Assembly: GCF_018350175.1 (NCBI RefSeq)
Contig: NC_058368.1
Span: 193,876,001 to 193,940,000, forward strand
From: Felis catus
Taxonomy: Eukaryota
DNA: 64,000 nt
Direction of reading: 5' to 3'
Positions 24,056-37,570 of this stretch are shown here, piece by piece. Both the position numbers and the translations under genes were made by a program. Position 1 is the first letter of the stretch. Each line of letters opens with the position of its first letter. Under the pieces are notes generated by a model. It made no database searches and was not told the origin of the DNA. It saw only the letters and a program-made list of their open reading frames with translations.

Positions 24056-25989
24056 GGATTATGACTAAAAGAGAGTACTGTATTTAATTTTATGTTAAAT
24101 CCTGTCATTGTTTTCCCAGTTTTACTCCAGGTGACTAACGGTTTGGGATTGACTAGCACTGTCCCTAACCACTTTTTAGAAACCAATAAACTCCCCTCCC
24201 CGGGGAACATGTTGCAATAACCTGGTGAACTTTTTCCCAAATCGCATGCTCCTCCCTCCCTGGAGGTCCTACTGTATGTGCCTCCTGCCCTTTTCTTTTT
24301 CTCTATATCCCATAGAGATTTGTGACCATTGTGAAGTACTCTGATAGGAACGTATCATGTCTCCCAACCAGTGTGTTGTTGTAGCAAAGAAAACAAAACC
24401 CTAAAAACAAATCTGGTGATGATCTAATCCAGGGGTTATGGATAAAAGCCCATTCCATTAGAGCCTATGATTTTGTATAGGATTTACTTGGGGCATTGAT
24501 ATGCTATTCTAAATAAGAATAGAGTGGCAGTATGGGAAAGAAAAAGCAATGGAGTTAGTGCAGCCTTCTATCCAGTGTATACTACACATTCCTTCTCCCT
24601 TTGGGTACTGGACAGAATCATAAAATCCACCCCTTCATATTCGGACTGAAGTGATTTACCAGGTACTGTGCTAGGCACTTCTTATGTGCTCTTTCCTTGA
24701 CATACGTGGAGCTGTTGTAACCGTCTTCTCCCCGTCCCAGATGAGGCAAGTGAGGCTCTGAAAGGCTCAACGCCTGTGTCCCATGCCTCTGTCCACATGT
24801 GGAGGTGCTTAGCCTATATTTTTTTCTGGGGTGGGGTGGGCAACGCTGATATTTTGTAACCCAGGGACCGCATTGGCATCCTACTCTCATTTGTACTGAG
24901 CTTCTGTTCATCCTATTAAAATGACATTTCTTTCTCTGTTTCTGCTGATAATCAATCTTCAATGTAGAACACCTGGTGGCAAACAGAGCGTTGTACAGTG
25001 GTTCCTACCAGAGGCTCTGGAGTGGCCTTGGGCAGCTTCCTCTTTGTGTCCTCATTTGCTGACTGTAAAATACAGTGATACACCTATCCATAGGGTCCTT
25101 GTGAGGCAAAGCAAGTGTAAACACTTAGCCCAGACCTGGCTCAAACATCTTCACTCTTGGCTCTTAGTGTTACATAAACTAGGAATTAAAAATGTTTATA
25201 AATCTGTAAATCAACTTAATATACTAATTTGCATACTGCATCCAGTTTGCTCACAACATCTGACAGCCTATCTTATACTAGCCTGTCCTCCCTGAAACAT
25301 CTGGGAGCATGTGCTATTGCTTTTGCCCTTTCATTTTCCTTGTCACACAGTGATTTAGTAGCTAGGAAAACACCTTGGTGGTGCAACAAATGGTTTCATG
25401 GTTTCCCTTAGGACTGGTTCTTGCAAAGTTGTCGGGGGCAAAGCTGAAGAAGAGCAGTGAGCCTAGCGTAGTAGAGATAGTCTTGATGTTGTACAGCTGG
25501 CCAGTGCCTTGAGGGTAGCAAGCACCTGGTCTTTGAATGAATGAATGGCAACATTATACATGAATGAGGATGTTCTGGTTCAAGGAGCTGTGCATGGGGC
25601 TCACTGTATGCAACATAGTTTTTGTTGTTGTTGTTAGAACATGTCATATTTGCTGATTAAACTCTTGAATAAGTGGCTTAAAACAGAAGTAAAGTACAGG
25701 TACTAGCCAGCGTGGCAAAAACTGGTAGATTGCCATGCTTTGCTTATCTTTGTACAAGTCTTTTCCTACTTAAAACGATGCATGCGTATGGAAATAAAAT
25801 GTTACAGGAAATATATCTACTTATCTTAAGTCATTTCTTTTTTGGTTTCTGCACAGCCTCCGAAGCAGATCTGGGCCCAGGGTTGCAGCTCCATATATGA
25901 ACACAGGGAGATTTTCCCTGAAAAAGCAACTGTTTATCCTAGTGTGAAACTTTGTATCAAATATTAAAATTGTAGACTTGAGAGTGAAG

Positions 25990-26170
25990 CAGAAACTCGT
26001 CTGACAGTGACTAGTAATGTGATTGTGGTTCCAAATTCTGTGAGACTCCTTTGTCCCATTTGTAAAGTGGGAATAATAACCTCTACTTTAGAGAGTTGAT
26101 GCGAATACCAAATGGATGTGAAGTTGACCTGAAGCACTTTACACAATGCCAGATACGTAGTAGAATCTAG
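25990..26170 (+). mobile_element. MIR fragment
   Basis: cccatttgtaaagtgggaataataacctctac...gaagcactttacacaatgcc. Confidence 0.7.
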
Positions 26171-27469
26171 CTGCTTCAGAGAATCTAGTGAAAAGACCTT
26201 GCCCATCATCCCCTCTACTGATTATTTTCCTGTCCCTCTGAACCTGCAACTATAACCAGTGAGACTTAGTGAATTCTTAGCTCATCTTTGGTGAAACAGA
26301 GATGCAAAATATTTAATGCTTCACAAGTCTTGCAGGAATTCTTTAGATAAAATGGAAGGACATTCCGAAAAGAAAGTTAATTGGGAAATAATTTAGAGTT
26401 GTAGCCTAACTCCTAATTACTTGCAGGTGACACTCATTCTGTATCAATTATAAGATCTCAGCATTCCTTTCTCAGCTTGTAATCTACATCTTGACTATCT
26501 CCCAGCTTCATAATGGGCATAAATTAATTTAAATCAAAGTTAAATAATTGGGAAAGACAGCAAATAGGTCCCTAGAACTAATATTCATTGGCAATAAATG
26601 TAGGTGTAGTGTGAATTTGGAAGGGTTTGTGGCGGGATAGACTCTTTGTTGCTTGACAATGACTGTGTTGAATGAACCAAGAAGAGGAGTTTCTTAGATC
26701 TTGGGCTAGTTGCCCTTTGAGGTCTCTGCTAAACCTGAGAATCAAGGAATCTGTAAGTCTGAATTCTCCACTTTTTAGAAGTCCATTTCAGTTACTGGAA
26801 AAATACAAAACTCAGGAGATGAAATAACATGCGGTTTCCTTTTCTTTATCTAAAAGGCAGGAGCAATATTTTCCTCCTTGCAAATGACAAAGTCACAGGA
26901 AGGAGAAGTAGTAGATTCTCTGCGGGGCAAATTGGTCTCACTTTTCTGTGTCTACGTGCATTAATTCCCCACAGGAACTCTGTGTTTTTCCAGTGATTTA
27001 CATTTGCACAGTCGGGCTCATATTTGCTCTCAAGTGCAATGGTGCTCGCACTAATGCTAATGAAGCTGTGGAACTGGCATGCTGCCCCTGGAACCTCATT
27101 CCTATGTCTTGGCATTTGCTTCCAGGGCCCTTAACCTGTTAACACAGGTTGGACACCGACGACGACCCCTGTGTCCACAGCTTACAAAAGGATATTTGCA
27201 TTGACACTATGGCTCTTGAATTTGTCTCTTGTCTTAAGATTCCTAATGCCAGCCCTGCCCATGAGGTTTTAATTACTCTTTTTTTCTTGAGCAAGTTGGG
27301 GTTGCATTTTCTGCCACTGGCGACCAAAGTCTTCCAACTGATAAAAGTGCCTTCGAAGTTGGGCCCTGCCTGAGGCTACAAGAGATGCTCTAGGGGAGCA
27401 GACACATTCATTGGGGAAGCACATTAAAGAATGCAAATTTCCAAAACAGATCTACGCTAACAAACGGCG

Positions 27470-27830
27470 CACAGTTCAATGAGAATGTAGAACAGGCTGG
27501 AAGAGAATAGTGGTGAAGACTTCTTGAGAAAATAATCTATGAGCTTACATCTAGAGAATGGGTAGGAATTAAATATGTAAGCAGAAAGGGCAAAAGAATT
27601 CCAAGGAGAGAAAATAGCATAGATGGAAGAAGATGTGGCATAAACGTCCCGTGGTAGGAGGAACCAAGGCATGATCAAGGATGGAAAAGAGGTCCAAGTA
27701 GCATGCTGTGCAAACAAGGAGGAGAATGGTTGGGAGTGATGGCTGGAGACACAATTCAGACAGATTATGGAAGGCTTTGAAAGCCATTTTAAGTTTTGTC
27801 TTTTATTGTAAAAAGAATGAATAGCTGTGT
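27470..27830 (-). mobile_element. L2 LINE fragment
   Basis: gagcttacatctagagaatgggtaggaatt...cagattatggaaggctttgaaagccattttaag. Confidence 0.65.
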
Positions 27831-28186
27831 GGCCCATGCTCCTCTGTTGTAAATTTGAGGCTCATGGAAGCAAAATAGATTTGTCTAAGATTACATATTG
27901 CTCATGTAGAAAAGTTGTATCTAGAACTCATGCCTCTGACCCACCAGGTGACCTACAGAAAAAAAATAAAATAAAAATTCTGATAGTCCACAGTGTTTGG
28001 AATATCCCAAAAGGACAAAGACTTTACAAGGACTTGGAAAATCACAGTTGCCATGGAAGGATATTCTCAACATAACACAAATTATACCCGTGAGAAGTTG
28101 GTATGTGAATTTAGTGTAATTACACACAAGACACTCTATGACTTCTAGAAACACATGTCTACCAACAGTTTAAAAAGTCATACCCT

Positions 28187-28409
28187 GGGTGCCTGGGTGG
28201 CTTGGTCAGTTAAGCGTCCAACTTCGGCTCAGGTCATGATCTCACGGTCCATGAGTTGGAGCCCCGCATGGGGCTCTGTGCTGACAGCTCAGAGCCTGGA
28301 GCCTGTTTCAGATTCTGTGTGTCCCTCTCTCTCTGCCCCTCCCCTGTTCATGCTCTGTCTCTCTCTGTCTCAAAAATAAATAAAACGTTAAAAAAATTAA
28401 AAAAATACA
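28187..28409 (+). mobile_element. CanSINE (SINEC_Fc-type)
   Basis: Full body; exact 16-bp TSD taaaaagtcataccct at 28171-28186 and 28410-28425. Confidence 0.97.
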
Positions 28410-28427
28410 TAAAAAGTCATACCCTTA

Positions 28428-29330
28428 CAACTTCACACCCATTAGGATGGTTATTATGGGGGAAAAAACCCAGAAAATAAGTGTTGCAGAAGATGCAGAG
28501 AAACGAGAACTCATGTGCATTGCAGATGGGAATGTCAAATAGTGTAGCTGCTGTAGAAACAAATATGGTGGTTCATCAAAAATTAAATACAGAATTACTG
28601 CGTGATACCCACAAGAAGTGAAAGTAGGAATCTGAACAGATATTTGTACACTAGTATTGATAGTAACATTATTTAAAATAGCCAAAAAGTGGGAGCAACT
28701 CCGAGTACATCAGCAGATCAATGGATAAATGGAAGGTGGTCTATCCATAAGATGGAATCATATTCAGGCTTATAAAGGAAAGAAATTCTGGGGCGCCTGG
28801 GTGGCGCAGTCGGTTAAGCGTCCGACTTCAGCCAGGTCACGATCTCGCGGTCCGGGAGTTCGAGCCCTGCGTCAGGCTCTGGGCTGATGGCTCAGAGCCT
28901 GGAGCCTGTTTCTGATTCTGTGTCTCCCTCTCTCTCTGCCCCTCCCCCATTCATGCTCTGTCTCTCTCTGTCCCAAAAATAAATGTTGAAAAAAAAAAAA
29001 AAAAAAAAGAAAGAAATTCTGATCCATGCTACAGCCTGAATGAACCTTGAAAACATTATACTAAGTGGAAAAAGCCAGATGAAAAGGACAAATAGTGTGT
29101 AGTTCCACCTCTATAGGATACCTAGAATGACACATTCATGGAGACAGAAGGTAGACTGGTGGTTTCCTGGGGCTGGGGGCAAGCAGAAAGTTACTGTTGA
29201 ATGGGTAGAGAGTTTCAATTTGGGATGATGAAAAGGTTCTGGATATAGGTCGTGGTAATGGTACAATGGTGTGAATATGCTTAAGGCCACCGAACTATTA
29301 AAATGTAAATTTTGTATTTTACCACCACAC
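28428..29330 (+). mobile_element. L1MB-like LINE-1 3' end, interrupted by a young SINE
   Basis: cttcacacccattaggatgg, gaaccttgaaaacattatactaagtg, gggtagagagtttcaatttgggatgatgaaaaggttctgga. Confidence 0.9.
28790..29008 (+). mobile_element. Young felid CanSINE (same subfamily as 23501)
   Basis: ggggcgcctgggtggcgcagtcggttaagcgtccgacttcagccagg; TSD gaaagaaattctg at 28778-28790 and 29009-29021. Confidence 0.98.
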
Positions 29331-32300
29331 ACACAGAATCTTAAGAAGATGTAATGTTAATTGTTGTCTCCTCATATTTTAATACTATAAGGGGATTTAT
29401 AATACAGATAAAATAATGCTTTATTACTTGATAAAATATAAAGAACAATTATATATCCTTTCTTCTGCTAAGTGTTGCATATAAAGGATGCCCTTTTTCC
29501 TGTGCAGAAGCCAGTACTATTAAAAGCTTTTTTGTTTTAACAGGAGAAGGCTTGAAAGAATAAAAGCAGTCGTGAACTTACATTAGTGTGTGTTTAATCC
29601 ACCACAAAAAAAGAAGTTCTTCTTAAGGGATGTTTCTGCAGTTCTTTTACATTTTTGTTAAAGAGTTCCTCAATAAGTACGCAGGCAGTCTTAGATTTCT
29701 GTAACTCTGAGATCGTCTCCATACAAATAACTTAAAATTCAAAGATTTTGTTTCAATACTTAATTCTTTCCCTAGGTCAGAAGTATGTTTTCAGTTTAAA
29801 CTATTTCAGATATATTTCCAAATTCAGTCTTTTCCTAGAGTGTTTCATGCTGGGTCTTCAATCTTGGTGTGTCCTACCCTTGAGGGCCAGACTTCTGGGG
29901 AGGAATAGACCCATGGAAGCAACAACATGCATGCATTATATTTCGGGGCATCGTGTCTGTCCTCTGACACAACAGAAGTCTGGACAGCCCTTCAAATGTT
30001 AGAAGTTAATGGTTGTGTTTCCCATGCACTGTCTTCCTTAGGAAATATCTCTGTTTAAGTGTCTGTGATAGGACATGGGATCTAAGCCTCTAACCAGAGT
30101 GAACATTCTAGTGAACCCGCACATATCCTGGTGCCCCAGAGGCCTCCCCTCCTGGAAACAAACACATCTTCCGATTGGAACTGGATGAGCATAGAATGGG
30201 GGACAATCGTAACCTCCTTTCTTCTGGTCACTACATTTTTCTGAACAATGACCTTTAGCTTTTTTGAAGGCCAATGTTAATTGTGCTTATTTCTCACTTA
30301 AATTAAATTTGATCTTCTCATTCCCCTGCGGAAATCCCTTCCATTGTCTGTCCATTGTTCTTAGGAAAAAAATAGAAAATTCTTCATGTAGTCCCTACGG
30401 AAACAGTTGGGGTAATGAAAATGCTTTTTTATAAATGCTTTATATATATTATATATTATTATTATTACTATTATTATTATTTTTGTGTTTACCATCTCCT
30501 TTACCCTTCCTACCCAACTTTATGTATGTGCTTGGCTTTTTTTCAGGCTTCATTACTCTTGCTAAAATCTTTCACCTTAAGAGGCTGAAAATGTACATTT
30601 TGAATCAAAATAAAAATACGCGTAACAAAGCATTTTAGAGTCTAATTTTTCCCTTTGGGGGGCATTCCACCTCTGTAACTTAATTCTCTGTCTTGAGATT
30701 TTTATATCTGGCAAAAATAGGATGTTTTAACCAAGTACATTGTATTCCTTTTCCCCTTCCTCTTTCCCTTAATAATAGTTACACCCATTAATGTCTCTGG
30801 GGGCATCCATCTGATAATAAACAGGTACAGTAATGAAAGGATTATGTAACCTCCTGGTGGAAGTCATATCATTTAAAATTTTGAATTCAAGTACTCATTT
30901 TTAGAGACGCTATTGTTCAGACCTCTGCTAGACTCAGCAGTAAGATGGAAGTTCCCAAATTATTTTTGCTCCCAAGTAATAACCTTCCCTGTTACATAAC
31001 AAGAATGTCACAGGTTTGTATATAGTTTAACAAGTTCTTTGATGTGCAATGTGTCTCTAATCCTTTCAACAATTCTCTCGAGGCTGTTAGGAATCAACAC
31101 TGTCATTTTACAGTTGATGACTCTTAGAGAATTAAGTGCTTTGCTCCAAAATTCACTAACAGCAGAAACAAGGGTAAGGACTTAGATCTAGCTCTTCTCA
31201 GTCCAGTGTGATTTTTGGAAGTGGTATTTAATGCTTTGTTTTTATCAATTATGAAAGTACCATGTTCATTGTAGAAAATAAGGAGAAAATAGGAAGATAT
31301 AAAGATGAAAATTAGAAATGCTTTCACTCCCACCATCTGGTTAAACACTGGTCACATTTTAGTGTATTTCCTTTCAGGTTCTTATACATGGATGTGTGTG
31401 TGTGGTTTTGTGAATGTGAATTCTCACAAAATTTGGATCATCTTGCGTTGTAACGGACTTAGTACAGGTGTGCGGCAATGATAATGGAGCCATTTCAGTG
31501 TGTATGTCATGTATCCTGGGTCTCATTTCTTCCTCCTATCTGCTAAGAATGAAGAGATAAAATGGAGCCAGAGGAAAGTCTGCTCCAAGTAAACCCCTTT
31601 TTATTTTCTCCCAATTTCTGAGAACGTATTCCTGGAAACCTGAAACCATAGAGAGAAATATCTGATCTAACAGGGTCAAGTAGATGTGACAAAAATCAGA
31701 CAGATAGACCTGACTTGGAATTACGATGTGTCACAGCAGGTGATTTCACATAGCCTTCCAGATTCTGCAGAGGCTCCTGTTCAACTGAGGAGTAGACCAC
31801 CACGGCACAGAGCAGTAGCAAGAACAGGCAAGGAGGCATTGTTGTGTAGACTTAAGCCGTTGTCTGTGAAGACAGACAAGGGTCTGAAGTTCTGTTCTGC
31901 AGCCTAATTAGCCATGTAATCTTCAGCTATTGCTTCTGTAAATCTGAATAAATATATAATTTATGTAAATCCTTTTTATAGTAGTTGGCATATAGAAAGC
32001 ACTTAAGGAAACTTTAAGCCCATGAGATCATCATACCACGTGGTCGTATGACATGGTCTGGCTTGCTATTGTGTCACTTTGCAGAAGACCTTCCTCTTTC
32101 TTGGTTGGTTGGTGAGATTCCTTGATGCTGGCAGTGCTTGTTCTTATTATGGAGACCCTGCTGTCTGCAGTCTCTGAACCCCACCACCCCCCATTCACCT
32201 GGTGGATCTGCTAATTCACCTCAGAGCATCTTTATATAGGGCCTACGTATGTCACCTGATGTGGTAGCCACTCTGCGTTCAAAAGAATAAATAGGAACAT

Positions 32301-32639
32301 GACTTTCTCCCCAGAAATGCTAAGAGAAATAAACAAATGGACAAAATAATTATGTCATATATACTTAAATGGAGAGTTTAAAATGCAGCATCTGTGTCTG
32401 GTGTCACCTCACTAGATGGTATAAGGACACAGACCTCACCATGCCTTCATGCCCCTTCAGAAATATTCAGAAAGGTTGGAAGCAGGCATTCCACATTAAC
32501 AGAGGCTGTTTAAAAGCATGAGCACATTTTTTTTTTCCCTTGGGGGAAGGTGGGGTTTGGGAGCTTGTCTGCTATCTTTGCTCCATTATTTCCTTCCTCC
32601 CTCTCAGAACTCCCATGTAAACCAGATTCTGGTGCTATC

Positions 32640-33000
32640 AATGAGGACAGTACCCATTTTGCCCTCCTGGAGTTTCTGGTCTACAGTTAGATCTAGAGAA
32701 GCAAGTATGAAGTGACAATCTTGCCTAGGTGACATTAAGTACAGAGTCCCGTGACAGAACACAAGAAGGGCCACCTTGCTCCAACCTGGGTTAGTGAGCG
32801 TTTCCTGTCCTGTCCTGGAGGACAGGATATCTAAGCTTAAAACTAAGCAGTAGGCAGGGCATAACCACCATGGGGACAGAAAGAAATCTATTCCAGTCTG
32901 GGGAACAGCATGTGCTCAGGCTTGGAGCTGAGGGAGAATTGTGGGTCATCAGTATGGTTAGACAATGAAGTACTTCCAAGGTGACAGGCTTGGAGTGTAC
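32640..33000 (-). mobile_element. L2 fragment
   Basis: gccctcctggagtttctggtcta...ttccagtctggggaacagcatgtgctcaggcttggag. Confidence 0.6.
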
Positions 33001-33394
33001 ATTTGTGTGAAGAGTGCACTAAAATTGTCACAGTGCTAGGATTTGGGTGAGCTACATGTCCTTCTTTGGCTGTGCCTCACTCCAAGAGTGAGTCTGCTTT
33101 TATTTTCTAATAGAAAAGGAGTAACATCAATAACAGAATGAGAAGGAGCCCATAGGAAGATTTGGGCATAAAATCTTTTAGTATGCAATTACCAAGGACT
33201 TCATTTTTATGCTAATTCAGGAACTTCTCTTTCTCTGAAGCTATTAAAAATAGCAGGTCATATCATTTTTCCTCTACAATGGTCCAGAGGAGATTGATTT
33301 CTCCCATTGGATGGGATTGTCTCCAGATTCCAGTGACAAATCAGCCAGAGAATTATGTTTGGAAGGATGGCTCCAGCTTATGATAAAGTGGACT

Positions 33395-33590
33395 GTGGAG
33401 TCAGAATGCCCGGGAATGAATCCAGGTTCTGCCCTTGTCCAATAGTATAGCTTTAGGCAAGTTACCGAACCTTCCTGAGCTGTCCTATAAGTCAAGAATA
33501 AACCATTTTCTACAGGGTAGATTTGTTGGGAGGTGCAAGGAAGATGATGCCCTGGGTGTCTAAAACAGTGCCTGGTGTGTAGGAAGATAC
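33395..33590 (+). mobile_element. MIR SINE
   Basis: tggagtcagaatgcccgggaatgaatccagg...taggcaagttac...aacagtgcctgg. Confidence 0.75.
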
Positions 33591-33934
33591 ACAGAAGACC
33601 TGGTTTTAGTGGAGGTGATTATCCAGCCCTGTTAATTGAAAATCTATCCCTTGGGGGAGAAGACAGTAGATAGCAGGCCTTTGTGTAGAGGGATATTTGA
33701 GTGTCTCAGCTCTCTGAGTAGGGGAATTGAGGAAGAATATCTTCTTCTTATACATGTATTTGTTCCTCTTCCATGACCCCAAAATAAAAAGTGCCACTTT
33801 GAAAGATCACACAAGAGTGTGTACCTTGGTCCTTGAAAATCTCTATTAGAATCCTCTCCTCTCCATGGGGCTCTCTGCATTCTTAAGGACGGCAGCATTT
33901 TGCTACCACGATCTGTATCACAGTGTACGTAGCC

Positions 33935-35264
33935 CAGTAGTTCTCAAAGTGTGGTTTGTAATAACACCAGGACATTGTTGATGTTGTTTCTTTTTCTTTT
34001 CTTTTCTTTTCTTTTTTAACCATGTTAGTTTTGACTGGTGATGCAAAAGCATCACCTGCTATGTACCTTAGCACACAAGTCAAGGCAATGGCTCCAAACC
34101 ATATTAGGACTCTTTGCATTCCTCACTAACACTTACCTGCAATGTTTAAAAAAAAAAAAAAAACAAAGCTGGTTTCACCCAGGAATGTCCTTCATGAAGC
34201 AGTAAAAATTAATATTATTTAATCTAGACCTTGAGTACACATCTTTTTGGTATTTTGTGTGATGGGGTTGGGATTGTATGTAGAGCACCATGATGGTTGT
34301 CTCAGAAAAAATCCTTGTTGTTTGAACTACAAGCCAGACTAGTAGCTTTTTCACGGAACTCCATTCAAGTGGGGAAAAAAATGACAAACCATGGTTATGC
34401 AAACTAAGGTATTTGGTTGACATTTGCTAAAAAATGAACAAAATGAGCTTGTCACTTTGAGGAAACAACTTGATGACATTGGTTGCCAATGTTAAAATCT
34501 TGAACTTGAAACAAAATGTAGAATTTTCGAAAACTTACATCTGCCTCTGCAGTGAGCTTGACAGTTTCCTTGCATTCAGACTGTTCTGATGAGATTGGGG
34601 GTAATATAAACAAATGATTTTTTTCTATTTTGTAACAAATTGTGTCAACAATCACAAGATTTGCCTCAGTCAGATAAACATAATTTTCCAAATACATGAT
34701 GTTACAAAATCATGGGTGGGTAAAATATAATTCAAACTACAATATGATCAATGGCTTTTAATAAAATGAAGTACCAAATTTTATTAATATGGTTTTATAT
34801 TTAACATTGCAATAACCCCTAAAAATGACCTATTATTGAGTTTTAGTGTAGGATTAAAGAATATTCATGACTACCTTGAAAAGGCTATTAAGATATTCTT
34901 CCCTTTAATAACTACATCTGTTTGTGAGATGAGATTTTATTTATGCATTTTAATCAAAATAACCTATTGGAACAAATAAAAGAATACAACTATTTTTCTT
35001 AAGCCAAACAGTGAAGAGTCTTCCAAAAATGTAACTGATGCATTCAGTAAAATTCTTCATTTTGGAAGCAGTTTTTCAAGTAATTTTATATTGGCATATA
35101 ACAAATTGAATATAATTTTAAATGAATTAATGTATAAGTAATTCTGTTTTAATTCCTAATATTGACCTTTGGATATAATCCACACAAACAAAAGCGATTT
35201 GGAGTCTACAATAATTTTTAAGAGTATAATATGGTCTTGAATCCATAAAGTTTGAAAATTACTA
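33935..35264 (+). mobile_element. Charlie1a-like hAT DNA transposon (near full length, degraded)
   Basis: TIRs cagtagttctcaaag / gtttgaaaattacta; internal ccttagcacacaagtcaaggcaatggctccaaac, gaatgtccttcatgaagcagtaaaaatt, gagcttgacagtttcc. Confidence 0.88.
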
Positions 35265-36779
35265 GCACTGCCAAAGACACTTGCTCTGTAAAGGGGATTC
35301 AGAAGAGAAGATTTTTTTGTTAAGTGCAAACCAGAAGGAGAGAAACCTGAAAAGGAGGGGAAACTCATGTTAAGTGTGTATGTTGTAGTTTTTTTTTTTT
35401 TTTTTTTAACTGCTAAGTTCCCTTCCAAATTTGATATCCTAAAATTCTGAGGAACTTTTCTCTTTTAGGTATGGTTTTGTGGATAAAAAAAAAAAAAAAA
35501 AAAAAAAAAAAAGACTACAGAGAAGGAAAGGGAATGAGAGAGAGTGGTGATGGGGTGGGAAGGTAGTTGAAAGGATTAACTTGGGCAAGACGCATCACCT
35601 CCCTGAGCATATTTTTTTTTTTTTTTTTAAGAAGGTTTAGTGTGGATAGTTTATAATCCTCTCCCCCAGCTTCTGAGAATTCCTCAGGTCAATGAAAGTA
35701 TTAAAATAAGAATGAAACCCTAAGCAGGAAGGCCCTCTAAATATCTTTGGGGAATTGGAAAGGGAAAATTTAACATCTGGACTAAAGCTTAGAACAATCT
35801 GGTAAATATTGATGAGCTTGGACTTAATAAAGCTCTTAGTTTCACCAAATAATTTAACAATTTGGTGAGCTTTCCCCTGGAAAAAGAGTCTTCTAAATCT
35901 AATACTTGCCAGTTGAATGAAATGCTACTCTGGACTTGTAAGGACCCTGTACTTGAATGGTGGCTGTGCATCCCTTTCTGCATAGGTTTGTGTCCAAAAC
36001 ACTTTTTCACCTTGAATATCAATTCTTACGTCCATGCAGTCCTGTGTGGTAAAGAGAGAGAGTATGCTGCTTGTACTACACTTGAGGAAACAGAAGTGTA
36101 GAGAGGTTAAGTGACTTATTCAAGGTCTCAGTGTGGTCTCCTGGCCTGCTAATGTCTTTGATCCCTGACTTTGCAGAGTTGGTATTTCACAGGGCAAAAA
36201 AACAGAGCACATGTGATCCCCTTTGACAGTATGGCAGAAAAAAAGGACACAGAAAGGACAAAGTGTTTTCTGTTCTCAGAGCTGTTACTAGATGGGTACA
36301 CATCACTTACCTTCACTGAAAATGTCTGTTTCTACTCCCCCTCCCTTTGTCATGGTATCTCTCAGGTGGAAATGTGAGAATTTAAGGAATAAATAAGAGG
36401 CTGATGGAGTGCAGTCAGGGCATCTCCTACTTGATTGATTGGCATGCTATGCCGTCCTCAGTGGTAAGGGAGTTGAGGCAGGAAAGATCACTGTGTGTTG
36501 GTATCTGCCAGTTTCATGCCTGCCCCTAAAGCATCCTTGGATTTTTAGTTTGCGAAGTCCAGAAAGCAATGTTTTGGGGAGGTAGGTCTGGGAGGAGCAA
36601 AGATAAAGTAAAAAAAATATTCATGGAACATGGAGGGAGGGAAGCAAGCTTGCTTTGGTCTCTGGCAGTTACATTGGTGTTACATGGGTGTTCCTGCACA
36701 TGTCTTTTCCTAGGTTTTCTCCACTTTTGTCTGTCTCTATCTACACGATTTCACCTGAACTTGTGGCTTGACCTACCCA

Positions 36780-37570
36780 CGTGCTGACTCCCAACTTTAT
36801 ACTTTCCAACACCTGTCCATCCAGTTGCCTTCTTGACATCCATTTCCAGTTGGAACTCTGGCAGAATCTTGAAGGCAAAATGCAACCTACGAAAGGGAAG
36901 ACTCTTGACTCCCCCTAGGACACTTGCTTCGTTTTTTCGGTAAAGAGCGTCATAACTTACCCTATTGTTCAATTCGAATGACTAGATTTCCATCTTGATT
37001 CTTCTCCTTTCTTCCTGCATCTTGTCAAAAGCATCAAGTTTTTCAGCATAACCTACATTATATACGCAGGAACTGTTCACCTCTCCTCCCTGTGGCCATC
37101 TGGTGTAGGCCTCTATAATCTTTCACAAGAACTATGATTAATGGTCTCCTAAGCTTTTCTCTCTCATCATACTGTTGCCCCCCACCCCAGTCTATTCTCC
37201 ACCTATCAGTCAGAGCATGCATTTGAAATATAAACCACATCGGGCCATTCCCATGTTTTACAATTCCAATGACCTTCAACAAGTTTTCTCCTCCTGTAAC
37301 CTGCGTATGATTGACCCCTGCCCTCCTCTAGACCTCATCTCATGACAGGACACATGGTGCCTCCTCACTTATGGAACCCCACTACCTTCTTCTTCTTAGA
37401 AAATCGCCACGTTTAATCCTGCCTCCGGGCCTTTGCATTTGCTGCCCTCTCTATCTGAAATGCTTTTCTCACAAACCTTTCCATGGGTGGCTCCTAACCA
37501 GTGAAGCTCTGTTTGACTCATCCCTGTGGACCTCATTGTTGGCACTACCCTACTTCCATCATTTCCTCCC
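36780..37570 (+). mobile_element. L2 LINE 3' region
   Basis: cttgacatccatttcc, agtctattctccac, cctgcctccgggcctttgcatttgctg. Confidence 0.8.

Noticed and set aside
29595..29730. Short minus-strand ORF METISELQKSK...FFVVD
   Set aside because: Only about 42 codons, no supporting splice or Kozak context, no homology recognised.
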